Shown: piece after piece, positions 50,761 through 61,776 of the stretch
Numbering within the stretch: the stretch's first letter is position 1
Layout of the letters: each line of letters opens with the position of its first letter
DNA from: Nemertoderma westbladi
Taxonomy: Eukaryota; Animalia; Xenacoelomorpha
Assembly (NCBI GenBank): GCA_032718475.1
Contig: JAUCBJ010001654.1
Location: forward strand, 1-64,000
Reading direction: 5' to 3'
DNA: 64,000 bases
Position numbers and translations under genes: made by a program
Notes under the pieces: model-generated
Databases searched by the model: none
What the model was told of the DNA's origin: nothing
Seen by the model: the letters and a program-made list of their open reading frames with translations, nothing else

Positions 50761-52599
50761 GGATTTTCCTCCCATGTGGGCTGATTGCCCGGTGCCATTG
50801 GCGGCATTGTTGGCGTCAACCTGCTGATTGATATGTATTGGAATCAGAGCAGTAGGCCTTCTGCCTCAAGAGGGTCCGAATTGTAGCCTTATCAGCTACA
50901 CATTCGGCCGCCTTACCGTTGTGTTTTAGAGTAGGAACTCAGTCTGTGCCTCAATGAGGGCACCTCGGTATAAAGGTAGGCCTACTGTTATGGCATACAT
51001 ATGGTATTTTTATTAATAACTAATAAGTAAGTTAGGGACATAAATAAGTTCAAGAGCGATGTAAATAAATTCAAGACCGACATAATTAATCAAGAATAAA
51101 AATACCATATGTATGCCATAACCAGCAGCTTGTGTTTCTATCGTTGAGTTGATGGCAATTATCATGTTTTCATTTTCGCTCACTCATGGTACTGGTTTGA
51201 GGGGCAGGTACGTTTAAAGCCAGCTTGCTGGCTTTCTAGTACTGTAGTATTAATTAATACAGTCAGACAGTAATACCTGTTTCTACAGCAAAATCGTCTG
51301 CTATGCTGTCTGCGTCTGGCAGTTCACAGTTCAGCAGTTAGACAGGTCAGCAGGTTGATCTACCGTACTGCTGTGCTGTCATGTCATCTGCCTGTCTGTA
51401 CTGTACCGGTACCGTGGAGAGTACCGTTTACTGGTTTACATCCCAGCATCCTGATAGTCGACCGTGTATCACTTTACTGCAGTATCGTACTTTAGGCTGT
51501 TAGGCAGTTAGGTGTTACGTTAGCGAGCCCCTTTAGACATTAGCTGATTACGGATTAGTGTTAGTCTGTTAGTGCTACACCAACCTGCCAACCCAGCCTG
51601 CCAGCGGTATAATGGCTGGGAACCTGGCCTTGCCAGTGCCAGTGCGGCTTGCGGGGCAAGAAAATAATGCAGGTCTGATCCTGATCTGCTCTGCTGATAA
51701 GAAAGACGGAATGATTTACCGGTATAGCATATAGGCAGGTACTTTATAATCTGATAATCTGAATACTGCCAGACAGCTGTCAGGCTGTAGCCTACTGCTA
51801 CTGCCAGACTGCAGTTACTGTAATACAGCTGTGCAGTACCGGTACTGCAGTACAGCATGCAGCAATTAGGCCTAATAAAACAGTACCGGTGCCTATTGCA
51901 GTATTGCCTAGCGGTATTATCTGATTATACTGTTATATGGGTCCTACGAATTACCGGTACCAAAAAAACACAATATTACCCAAAAAAACACAAAAAATTA
52001 CACAAAAAAACACAATATTACCCAAAAAAAAGTTATAGTTCATATCCGTACCGATGGTATTTTCGTATTGCAAAAATAAGACTATAAGTACTGAAGTATG
52101 AAATACCCTAGGCCTATGTTATTCAGTTATTGAGATAATGTTTATTGTTTTGGTTAGAAAAGCCCACCACTGTAACCTGCTCCTTTCCGTTAATTAAGTA
52201 ATGGAGATTAGTTTATTGTTTTGGTTAGAAAACACCACCACTGTAACACCATCGGCAGATCGGTACGCACGCATATGAACGATAACCCAAAAAACTACCT
52301 ACCCCAAAAAGACAAAAAAAAATGTTTTTCATAAACAATGTACCGGTACCTACAATAAGATTTAGGTTAGGCCTAATTGTAAGAAGAGTTTCACTTTTCA
52401 GTTTTCAATTTTCACTTTTTTCAAAATATTACATTTTGTTCATTTGAAGATTCCTTTAATGACCTACTGCCACCGGTTTACCGGTAAGCCTACCCACCCA
52501 GACTGCCAGACAGCATACAAAATCAGATTTCTTAATTAATGGAAAGGAGCAGGTTACAGTAGCAGGCTTTTCTAACCAAAACAATAAACGATAACCAAA

Positions 52600-53170
52600 G
52601 ACAGAAAGAACACAGGTTCCAGTCTTATTTTTGAGGTAGAATAAAACGTCTGTCCTTATCTGATCTGATCTGATCTGATCTGACAGCATCTGATTCTATA
52701 ACCAATCAGGAGAAAGAGATATAATATTTACCTAACTGTCTGTTAGGTAAATAGCCAATAGCTGAATAGGGGATCACGTTTCAGGTTGGCTGTTACGTAT
52801 CAGTATCATGAAGTAGCAGTACAGGCATATCGGTATGCATCTAAATGCACAAAGGCATGTTATTATATATTAATAATGCGATATACAGTACAGTAGGATG
52901 AAGGATAGTGGGTATGAAAGTTGTGTGATTGTCCCAGCAAGATGGATAGTTTCACATGTAAACAACTTTCGTAGATTTAGTCTGTTAGTTGGTGTTGAAA
53001 CATTAAACTTTTATTAAAAACAATACAGCATTTGCTGCAATATTTTTTTCGTAAATCTTTCTTGTTAATAGTTAACATTATTAATAGTTAAAGTTAATTA
53101 TATTAATTATAATTAATATTATTAATTAAGTACGGTAATGATTCTTATTAATATATTACATTTAAAATAT
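52600..53170. repeat. Dispersed repeat, paralogous to ~54445-54973 plus 55860-55880
   Basis: Shared ttgaggtagaataaaacgtctgtccttatctgatctg...atgcgatatacagtac...gttgaaacattaa. Confidence 0.8.
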
Positions 53171-53994
53171 GTATGAAATTTAAGAATTTTATTAATTTTA
53201 CTATTTATTAAAGAATATGGGAAGGTGGATGGGAATGTGGGAATTTATAAACACTTATTACCTTCCAATTGAAGGAAAAGAGCAGGTTATAGCGGCTGTA
53301 ATTTCTAACCAAAACAATAAACGACGTTGTTACCTACAAATTGAGGGAAAGGAGCAGGTTACCGAGACAGGGTTTTCTAACCAAAACAATAAACGATTTT
53401 GTTACCTACCAATTGAGGGAAAGGAGAATATGTTACCGCGGCGGCTTGTTTACACAGTTATACCCGTCACCTTCTTACTAACCGTCCTACTGACTGATCA
53501 ATAGATCATCCCCCTCAAAAAATAAAGGACATCGCGCACGCGCATAAAACAATTAAAGATAATAAAGATTAATAAGATAGATAATATAGATTAATAATAA
53601 TATAGATTAATAAAGATAAATTTAATAAAAAATATCGACCAATAAAAAATCGACCGAAAAATGAAATCCTGGCAGCCTGGTATTCTTCACATGGGCGAAG
53701 AATACCAGACTTTCTGCCGTTCTATTTCACTTTGCAGTTACCCCCATGTGAAGAATACCAGGTTTTCATCAAAAACACAGGTTACAGAAGGGCTGAATAT
53801 AACCAAAACCGATAAACGAATTAGTATATGTGCAGGTTATAAGACATAAATAAGCTCTATAATACACTCAATAAAGATAAATTAAAAAAGAATTAAAATC
53901 TTCAAATATAAAATTCCAATAAAAGTCGACCGAAAAGTGAAATCCTGGTATTCTTCACATGGGCGGTATTCTTCACATGGACCGACTGACCGAC

Positions 53995-54450
53995 ACCAAA
54001 ATTTGGCACCAGCCGCTAAAAACAAATTTAAAATTTTTAGCTTATTTTATTTGAATTCCTTTTAGTTCGTTTCAGTTAGTCTTTTAGTTAGTATCGTTAG
54101 TTTCAGAGCGGGAAGTATTATATTGACACCCCCCCCCCCCCCCGGGTTTAAGGGGAATACCGGGGAAACTTCACATGCTGACATAGGCAGAAAGTCCAGT
54201 ACTCATTTAGCTACCATTTAAGGATGCAAGGCAGAGATGCCTCGCAAAACCCTTCAAAACATTCGTGCCGAAACGAAAACTACCTTGGCCCCATGCCGGG
54301 GTTGAACCCACAACCTCTGACCTCCGAGAGATGTGAATTCAATATAACCACTACACCAAGGTGCGCTCTGAACCAAGGTGGAACAAGTGTCAGATACCGT
54401 CAGATCAGATCAGATCAGATAAGGACAGACGTTTTAGCCATCCTACTTAT
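53995..54450. repeat. Composite repeat duplicated at ~60065-60480, containing a minus-strand tRNA-derived SINE head (~54365-54180)
   Basis: Colinear copies. The minus strand has A box TGGTGTAGTGG and B box GGTTCAACCC. Confidence 0.7.
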
Positions 54451-54973
54451 TTTTGAGGTAGAATAAAACGTCTGTCCTTATCTGATCTGATCTGACGGCA
54501 TCTGATCCTATAACCAATCAGGAGAAATAGGTAAATAGGCAATAGGGCTGATCAGGTTGCCATGTTATGTATCAGTATCATCATATGACAGAGCAGTAGG
54601 CAGGTAGGCCTTCAGACATACCGGTATGCAGCCAATGCAGCAAACAGGCAAAGGCATGTTAAAAATGCGATATACAGTACGATGAAGGATGGCGGGTATG
54701 AAATGAGATGTCTTACATTTTATATGGCTTATGTACAATGTTAATAAAAAACTTCAACTTCAAAGTTCTGTGATTGCCCCAGCAAACATGGATAGTTTCA
54801 GATGTAAACAACTTTCGCAGATGTAGTCGGTGTTGAAACATTAATCATTTTATTAAAAACAATACCTGAATACAGCCTTTCTGCCTTTGCTGCAATATTT
54901 TAGTAATCTTTCTTGTTAATAGTTTATTAATAGGCCTAATTAAAGTTAATTATTTTATTTATAATATTATTAC

Positions 54974-55859
54974 TAGGGCTCGATCGGAGTTCCGGCTCCG
55001 GCTCCGGCCGGAGTTTCTTACATCCGGCTCCGAACCGGAGTGAGTTAGAAAAATCACCGGAGCCGGAGTTTTTTTAATAATGTATGTTTTATATTAATGT
55101 ACATAATATATAGGCTAGTATAGGCAGATAGGCATATGGCAGCAGTATATTCCAGTGTATGGTACTCCAATCTGCCAATAGCCTGCTCCAGCTGTCCAGA
55201 ACCGGTAGTACTGCAGTACTGTACTGTCTGACTGTACTACTTTGATACTACTATCAGACTGTTATTCAGTTATTACAGTATTACTATACTACAGTAGACT
55301 GGCTGACTGGTAGAGCAGTGTAATAGGCTGATAGGCCTACTAAACAACTTAGATTTACTGGCAGGCTGGTAATGGTGACTGGTAGTACTACAGTAGCAGT
55401 AGCTGAGTAGTACCGGTACTACTTCCTGACTTCTGTACTCACTGACTTAATCTAATTCCGGAACTCAGAACTGCTGTACTGGTAGCGGTAGGCCTACGAC
55501 CTGGCAGCTTGAATACACAGTCTGACAATCCCGCACCTCAAGCTACTGTACTACTACCTGACTACAGTACTATACATGTATACAGCTATATGTACTATAA
55601 TTCTGGAAGGGGAATGGACTGAGAATGATGCAAGGAGTTCTGTTCGCGACCAGGATATAAGTACCAACGACGGCGACCCGGTGCCCGGATATGAGTACCG
55701 ACGACGGCGACCCTGATATGAGTACTAACGACGGCGACCCGGCCCGGATATAGGGAAAATACACATAGGGAAAGAAACTCCGGCTCCGGTCAAACTCCGG
55801 CAATTTTTTTTCCACTCCGGCTCCGGCTCCGGCAAAATAAAAACTCCGATCGAGCCCTA
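54974..55859. mobile_element. Non-autonomous hAT-type MITE
   Basis: Perfect 18 bp TIR TAGGGCTCGATCGGAGTT, 8 bp TSD ATTATTAC (54966-54973, 55860-55867) and subterminal CTCCGG repeats. Confidence 0.92.
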
Positions 55860-56405
55860 ATTATTACATTTAAAATATTTATTGTTTGTTTGTTACGCTA
55901 AAGGGAAGGCAGGAAGAGGTACAGTACTGCAGTCTGGCAGTACTGTACCTCTGTACAGTACTGTTACTGCCGAATATGGCGAAACACTTTAACATTCCCC
56001 ATATTGCCCTGATTGCCAGCTGATACAGTGGAGTTTATTATACCCAAACGATGACGGAAGATGGTAAGGTAGGTGGGAAGGTGGGAATCAAACGATGTTT
56101 TTAACCTTCCAATTGAAGGAAAAGAGCAGGTTACAGCGGCGGCAATTTCTAACCAAAACAATAAACGATGTTGTTGAAAATTTCACCCACTGCCGAAAAA
56201 TACAAGTTTCAGAATTCTTATGCAATTTTTACATATTCCATTGAATTCAGAACCCTCACAAATCCGTATAACGCAAGAAACCCCATATATTTCCGAAAAA
56301 TACAAGTTTGAGATGTATAGTTCATAGTTGTTAGATAAATATTTATTCCGTTAAATTCAGAGCCCCCTTAACCCTGCAGCCCTGCCCCGGTATGGTAAAA
56401 AATTA

Positions 56406-57488
56406 TCCTTCACCGGTAACGTGGGGTATTTTTATACCCCAAATTGATAAGACATTTTAAGTAACATTAAACAGAAAAACACTTGCAATCCCCCTCCCAG
56501 AATTTGCCAAATGGTGAAAAAATAAGTTGTGAATTTGTTTTTTCAATTTGGTTGAAGTCTACCCAACGCTCAATGCCACAAAAGTTATCCCACTACAATC
56601 GCGATCATCGTTAACGTCGCGATGGGGCGTTTTGCAACAAGATATTATCATAGTCAATAGTGAAGCATTAGCTGTGAGAGTGTTTCTCATTTTAGGTTTT
56701 TTAGTGGTGTTATGGGTCAAGTATACCATTGCAGTTCCAAGATGCATAAAATGAGTCAAATACCACCACTGAAACTCAACAAGGTGAAATATATATATAT
56801 ATATATACAGATATATACAGATAGGCCCTATATCACCTCGCAATAGCAGAAGATCTTGAATTGTAATATGAAATATACACCATGACTGCAAAAGTACTGA
56901 TGATTTGGTCATAAAATGTGATTATTGTCAAACTAAATTATACATTATTGCAGTTACAATGAAACCAAAATGAGACCCAAAAGGACAGAACACCACTAAG
57001 AAAGCCTGCAATAAGAATTATTCACATATACTTAGCAATCTATCGCATATCGCGATTAGGCCGAAGTCTTGGCTTGTGAAATACAGGCCATACACAATAC
57101 CAGAATACAGTAGCTTCATAATACTGATAATTTGGTCTTAAAAGTCAAAGTTAAAACATGCCTCTAGCTGTCTAGCAGTCTAGTACAACTAAATCGACCA
57201 TTGGGGTTCCAATGACACCAAAATGAGTCACAAAGTTCCACTAAACCAGCACCATAACGTTATGGGGTATTTTTATACCCCATCTTACCTAACTAAGTTG
57301 TTTTCAAATTAAAGGCCCATAACATTTTTCATAAACAAAATTTTATGGGTTTGACCCACAGAATCGTTAGATTACAAGTTTTTTGGAAGATACTATGAAG
57401 CTGGACATACATAATATGAGAGATTGTCGAAAAATATCAAAATTAATCCCCTTGGGGTATTATTTTACCCCACGTTACCGGGGAAGGG
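56406..57488. mobile_element. piggyBac-like MITE
   Basis: TIR ccttcaccggtaacgtggggta / taccccacgttaccggggaaggg followed by TTAA at 57489-57492. The left TTAA-CCC is degenerate. Internal ggggtat...tacccc repeats. Confidence 0.72.
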
Positions 57489-57491
57489 TTA

Positions 57492-59110
57492 AACAATCTG
57501 TTGAAACGTTCGAGACCTTCGTGCAGCACGTGGCGCACTGTAACATTGTGTAACAAGCTGTTCAAACGTTTAAGAGGGATTCGCGCAGCACGTGGCGTAC
57601 TCTGCTTGGTCTAGGCAGGGTCTAGCTAAGCATCTAGCGTACAACTGTAGTCATGCCCATGCGGAATGCTGCATGCCCGGCATATAGCCTTACGGACGGA
57701 CCCTTCCCTGTCTGCCTGTACCTTGTTAGTGTTACAGCAGTCATCCATCCTACATAGCATCTCAGCAAACGAAATTCAATTTTGCAATGTATGAATAAAT
57801 TTCTGCAAAAGCATGGTAGGAAGGAATAATGAATTAGGCACGAAAAACATATATTTATTGAAAAATGATAGAATTTATGATGGAAATATCCTTGCAGGTC
57901 TTTAAAATAAATTTTTTCATTTAGAAAAGTCAAATTTTGGAGTGAATGAAGGCTATTCCGATTTCGGAATCTATCCTCACACAAAGTTGGAATTATTCCA
58001 AAATCGCCTATATCACCGACTGTTGCCGGTATCCTACATGCTGCATGCCTGCATGGAGGTCTCTTAAACGTTCCAACAGATTGTTTCAGCATGAAGGTCT
58101 CCTAAAAGTTTCAACTGATTGTTTGTTACAGTACCCCACGTCAGCTCAGCACGTGCTGCCCAAAGGTCTCTTAAACGTTTGGGACTCTTACACTTTACCG
58201 TGCCATTATAGCAATATTTTGATATAATAAAATGATCTAAAAATATTTGTTCTAGAACAAAAAATATTTGTTCTAGAAGAAAATTTTTATATTAAATGTA
58301 TAGATAATATGTTCTAGAACATTAAAAAAAAGAAACAAAAAATAGCTAGTATAAAAAATTTATACAAAGATAACAAACATACAATAAAAAATTAACATAT
58401 TCGTTAGTGCTTTGTATTTTTTGTTCTAGAACAAAAAATATTTGTTCTAGAACAACATTTTTATATGAAATGTATTGATAATGTTCTAGAACATTTAAAT
58501 AACAAGAAACAAAAACTAGCTAGCTTGCCATTTTGCAATTTTTTGATATAATAAAATGATACTGTAGTTTTTAATCTATCATATAATAATTAGGGAAACT
58601 AGAAGGAAGTGAAGGTAGTGTACCCGGTTTAGTAACAAACAATAAAAACAATAGCTACACAAGACGTAACAAAATGTAATTGTACGTAGAGTAAATTACG
58701 GTATCACTTGCGTAAATATATATTATATAGGCCTAGGCCTAATTATATCAATTATATTTTTTTGAATTATATTGAATATATATGTGGCTCGGCAAACTGT
58801 AAGAGAGCTCCTCAGTCCTATTACATTTTACCGTGCCATTATAGCAATAGGTGGCACGGCAAACTGTAAGAGAGCCAAACCTTTCAACATATTGTTATAG
58901 TTACTCCACGCTGCACGAAGGTCTCTTAAACGTTTCAACGGATTGTTTCAGTATCCAATGTGCCGCATGAAGGTCTATTAAACGTTTCAACAGATTGTTA
59001 CAGTACCCCACATGCTGCACGAAGGTCTCAAACGAAGGCCTCAAACGAAGGCCTCACAGTCTCGAACGTTTCAATGGATTGATTCAGTATCCAACATGCT
59101 ACCCGAAGTC
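57492..59110. mobile_element. Foldback-like element with inverted subrepeats, containing an inner TIR element (~58185-58875)
   Basis: gttgaaacgtt..gagaccttcgtgcagc at left versus gctgcacgaaggtctc..aacgtttcaac repeats at right. Inner TIR ctcttacactttaccgtgcca / tggcacggcaaactgtaagag. Confidence 0.6.
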
Positions 59111-59339
59111 TTCTGAACAGATTCAATTGACAGCAGACAGATTATTCAATTCAGTGTCATGCACGAATCTGTAAATGCATTTCCATTGTCATCTCACTGG
59201 TTTCTGGTTTCGTTTTCTTCACTTTTTTTTAGGTGGTTTGAGTTGGTTTGCAGTGCAGACTTTACTTCACATTCTGATAATATTTATTGACATTCCAGTT
59301 TTCGAAATATACTGTAGTTTTACATAGAACAGTAGAATA

Positions 59340-60020
59340 TACAGTCAGACAGTAGTAATAGTAAATGACAGTATAGGCCCCTACACAATGTACAGTACAT
59401 TGACATATCCCGATCGGGATATATTACCATATTGTTATTATTATTATTATCAACACTCAGACCATGGTAAAATAAACATTCATGCGATAAACATAATAAA
59501 TTATGCATGCACTAAATTATAAGTAGGCCCTAATTATAAAAGGGGAGAAGACTGCCCAGGCTTTAACTGCACTTATGGGGGCCATACACTAACAATCCAG
59601 AATGATGAAACTTATTAATATAAAATAAGGTATGAACATTAATTAAAGAAAGCAAATACACTATAAATAAAGCAAGGAACATTGATTATATCTATTTACT
59701 AAATATTAAAGCGAATAAAAACTAATGAAAAAGTAGTGAAGCAGAAACCGTACCGATACTAAAAACCAATTAATTACAATGACGAATCTGAATTAAAAAT
59801 AAGTAAAAAATAATTAATTAAAAAATAGTTAAAAAGGATCACGCCAAGTTTCTATCAAATTTGCAAAAATGCAGCAAATCAACATCGAGTAATTTATGTG
59901 AAAAGAGAGTAAGCTCTCTGAATCTACTACTATTGCGTCTAATGCATTCCATATTGGAATCGTATGATTGGCAAACGAAAATTTCGAAATTTGCAGTCTA
60001 CTGTAGTTAACCAATAGCTT
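59340..60020 (-). mobile_element. Old CR1-group LINE 3' fragment
   Basis: Minus translation KFSFANHTIPIWNALD...SLLSF resembles CR1 ORF2 C-termini. Boundaries are approximate. Confidence 0.45.
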
Positions 60021-60696
60021 CAAATAATCAATTTACAAAATTGAAATATTTCAAAATTTGGGGCTGGCACCAAAATTTGGCACCCGCCACTAAAAACAAG
60101 ATTAAAATTTCTAGCTTATTTTATATGAATTCCTTTTAGTTATTTTCAGTTAGTCTTTTAGTTAGTAGCGTTAGTTTCAGAGAGGGGGAGGGGGGGGGGG
60201 GAGTGTTATATTGACTGACATGGGCAGAAACTCCAGTACTCATTTAGCTACCATTTAAGGATGCAAGGCAGAGATGCCTCGCCAAACCCTTCAAAGCATT
60301 CGTGACGAAACGAAAACTACCTTGGCCCCCATGCCGGGGTTGAACCCACAACCTCCGTGAGATGTGAATTCAATATAACAAATACACCAAGGTGGACTCT
60401 GAACCAAGGTGGAACAAGTGTCAGATACCGTCAGATCAGATCAGATAAGGACAGACGTTTTAGCCATCCTACTTATTTTTCCAACCCTATACTGCTATAC
60501 CGGAGGCTACCCCTGCCTGCCTGCTATAGGATATAAATTATTTTTGTCTTTTTGGGTAAGTTTTTGGGGTAATATTGTGTTTTTGGGTGTTTTTTTGTAT
60601 TTTTTTGTGTGTATTTTTGGGTAATTTTGTGTTTTTTTGGGTAATTCGTAGGACCGGATTTTATAGTCTTATTACAGTTAGGTACCGGTACAATGG

Positions 60697-60812
60697 GCAA
60701 ATCTGGCAACCTCAACAGTTGCCAGATCTGGCAACCTCAACAGTTGCCAGATCTGGCAACCTCAACAGTTGCCACATCTGGCAACCTCAACAGTTGCCAC
60801 ATCTGGCAATGT
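60697..60812. repeat. 25 bp tandem repeat with internal hairpin
   Basis: About 4 copies of atctggcaacctcaacagttgccag (ctggcaac / gttgccag arms). Confidence 0.85.
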
Positions 60813-61435
60813 TTATTGCCACATCTGGCAACTTTTAGTTTTTCGAATTTTCGCACGCCCAAACAGCCAGAAGAAAAATCGCATTTTGGTACGGTAAATA
60901 GGTAAGTGAAAAGAACCCGAAATTAAAATATAATTGACCGTACAGCAGTACCGTAGGCCCCTATAAGAAAAAAATCTTCGTCTGAATTTCTCTTACAGTC
61001 TTAGCTGTTCAGCTGTTAGCAATAGGCCAAACCCGAAATGTAACTAAAATAATTATTGCCATTTTTGGCAACCATTAGACTGTTAGAATTTCAGAATTAA
61101 GTAAAATAATGGTTGCCATTTTTGGCAACCATTATTCTGTTATTATTGGGCTTGGGCAGCACTGTCAGTTACTCTGTCATTGTAAATTACTTAAAAATTG
61201 CTAACTGCTTGCTTGCTTACCCTAGTCGAGTTGTGATGTGGTGATTTAGAACTGCTCGTGCTGTACGTATCCATTCTACTGTTAGTGAAGAAGTAAAGGA
61301 TTGCGATAATGATTGATATACAGGCATATCAGCCTCATTTTCAATTAGACAGCACTGTGACCGGGCCCAGCCAGGATTGAGATAATGTCAGAATGTGCAC
61401 TCAGCTAATGTTATTTACAGATTTACTAACCTACA

Positions 61436-61654
61436 GACGTCTCATTGGTTCCCCCAAGCTTGACACTAGAACAAAGTCGCCTCCGCTTTGCAGGACATTG
61501 CTTTCGCCGTGAGCAAATCTAGATCTAGATCTAGCAAATGACATGGGTGATAGGATAGGGAGCTGTGGCGGCGCAATTGTGTCGACAAGCCGGCACAGCA
61601 TTCTCTTAAAAATGCACCTGCAATGCAGCATGCCGATCCTAATAGTAGTAGTAG
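61436..61654 (+). mobile_element. Short 3'-end copy of the RTE-like LINE with an internal deletion
   Basis: Matches the reverse complement of ~26945-26640 except for a ~115 bp gap. Ends in tagtagtagtag. Confidence 0.85.
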
Positions 61655-61776
61655 CCTACTGGTAATACAGTAATAAATACCAAGTACCTTAATCTACAAT
61701 CTCATAATACAGTAATAATATATATATATATTATATTGGCCTAAAGTGTATGATCTTGATCTATGATAGTTTAGAA

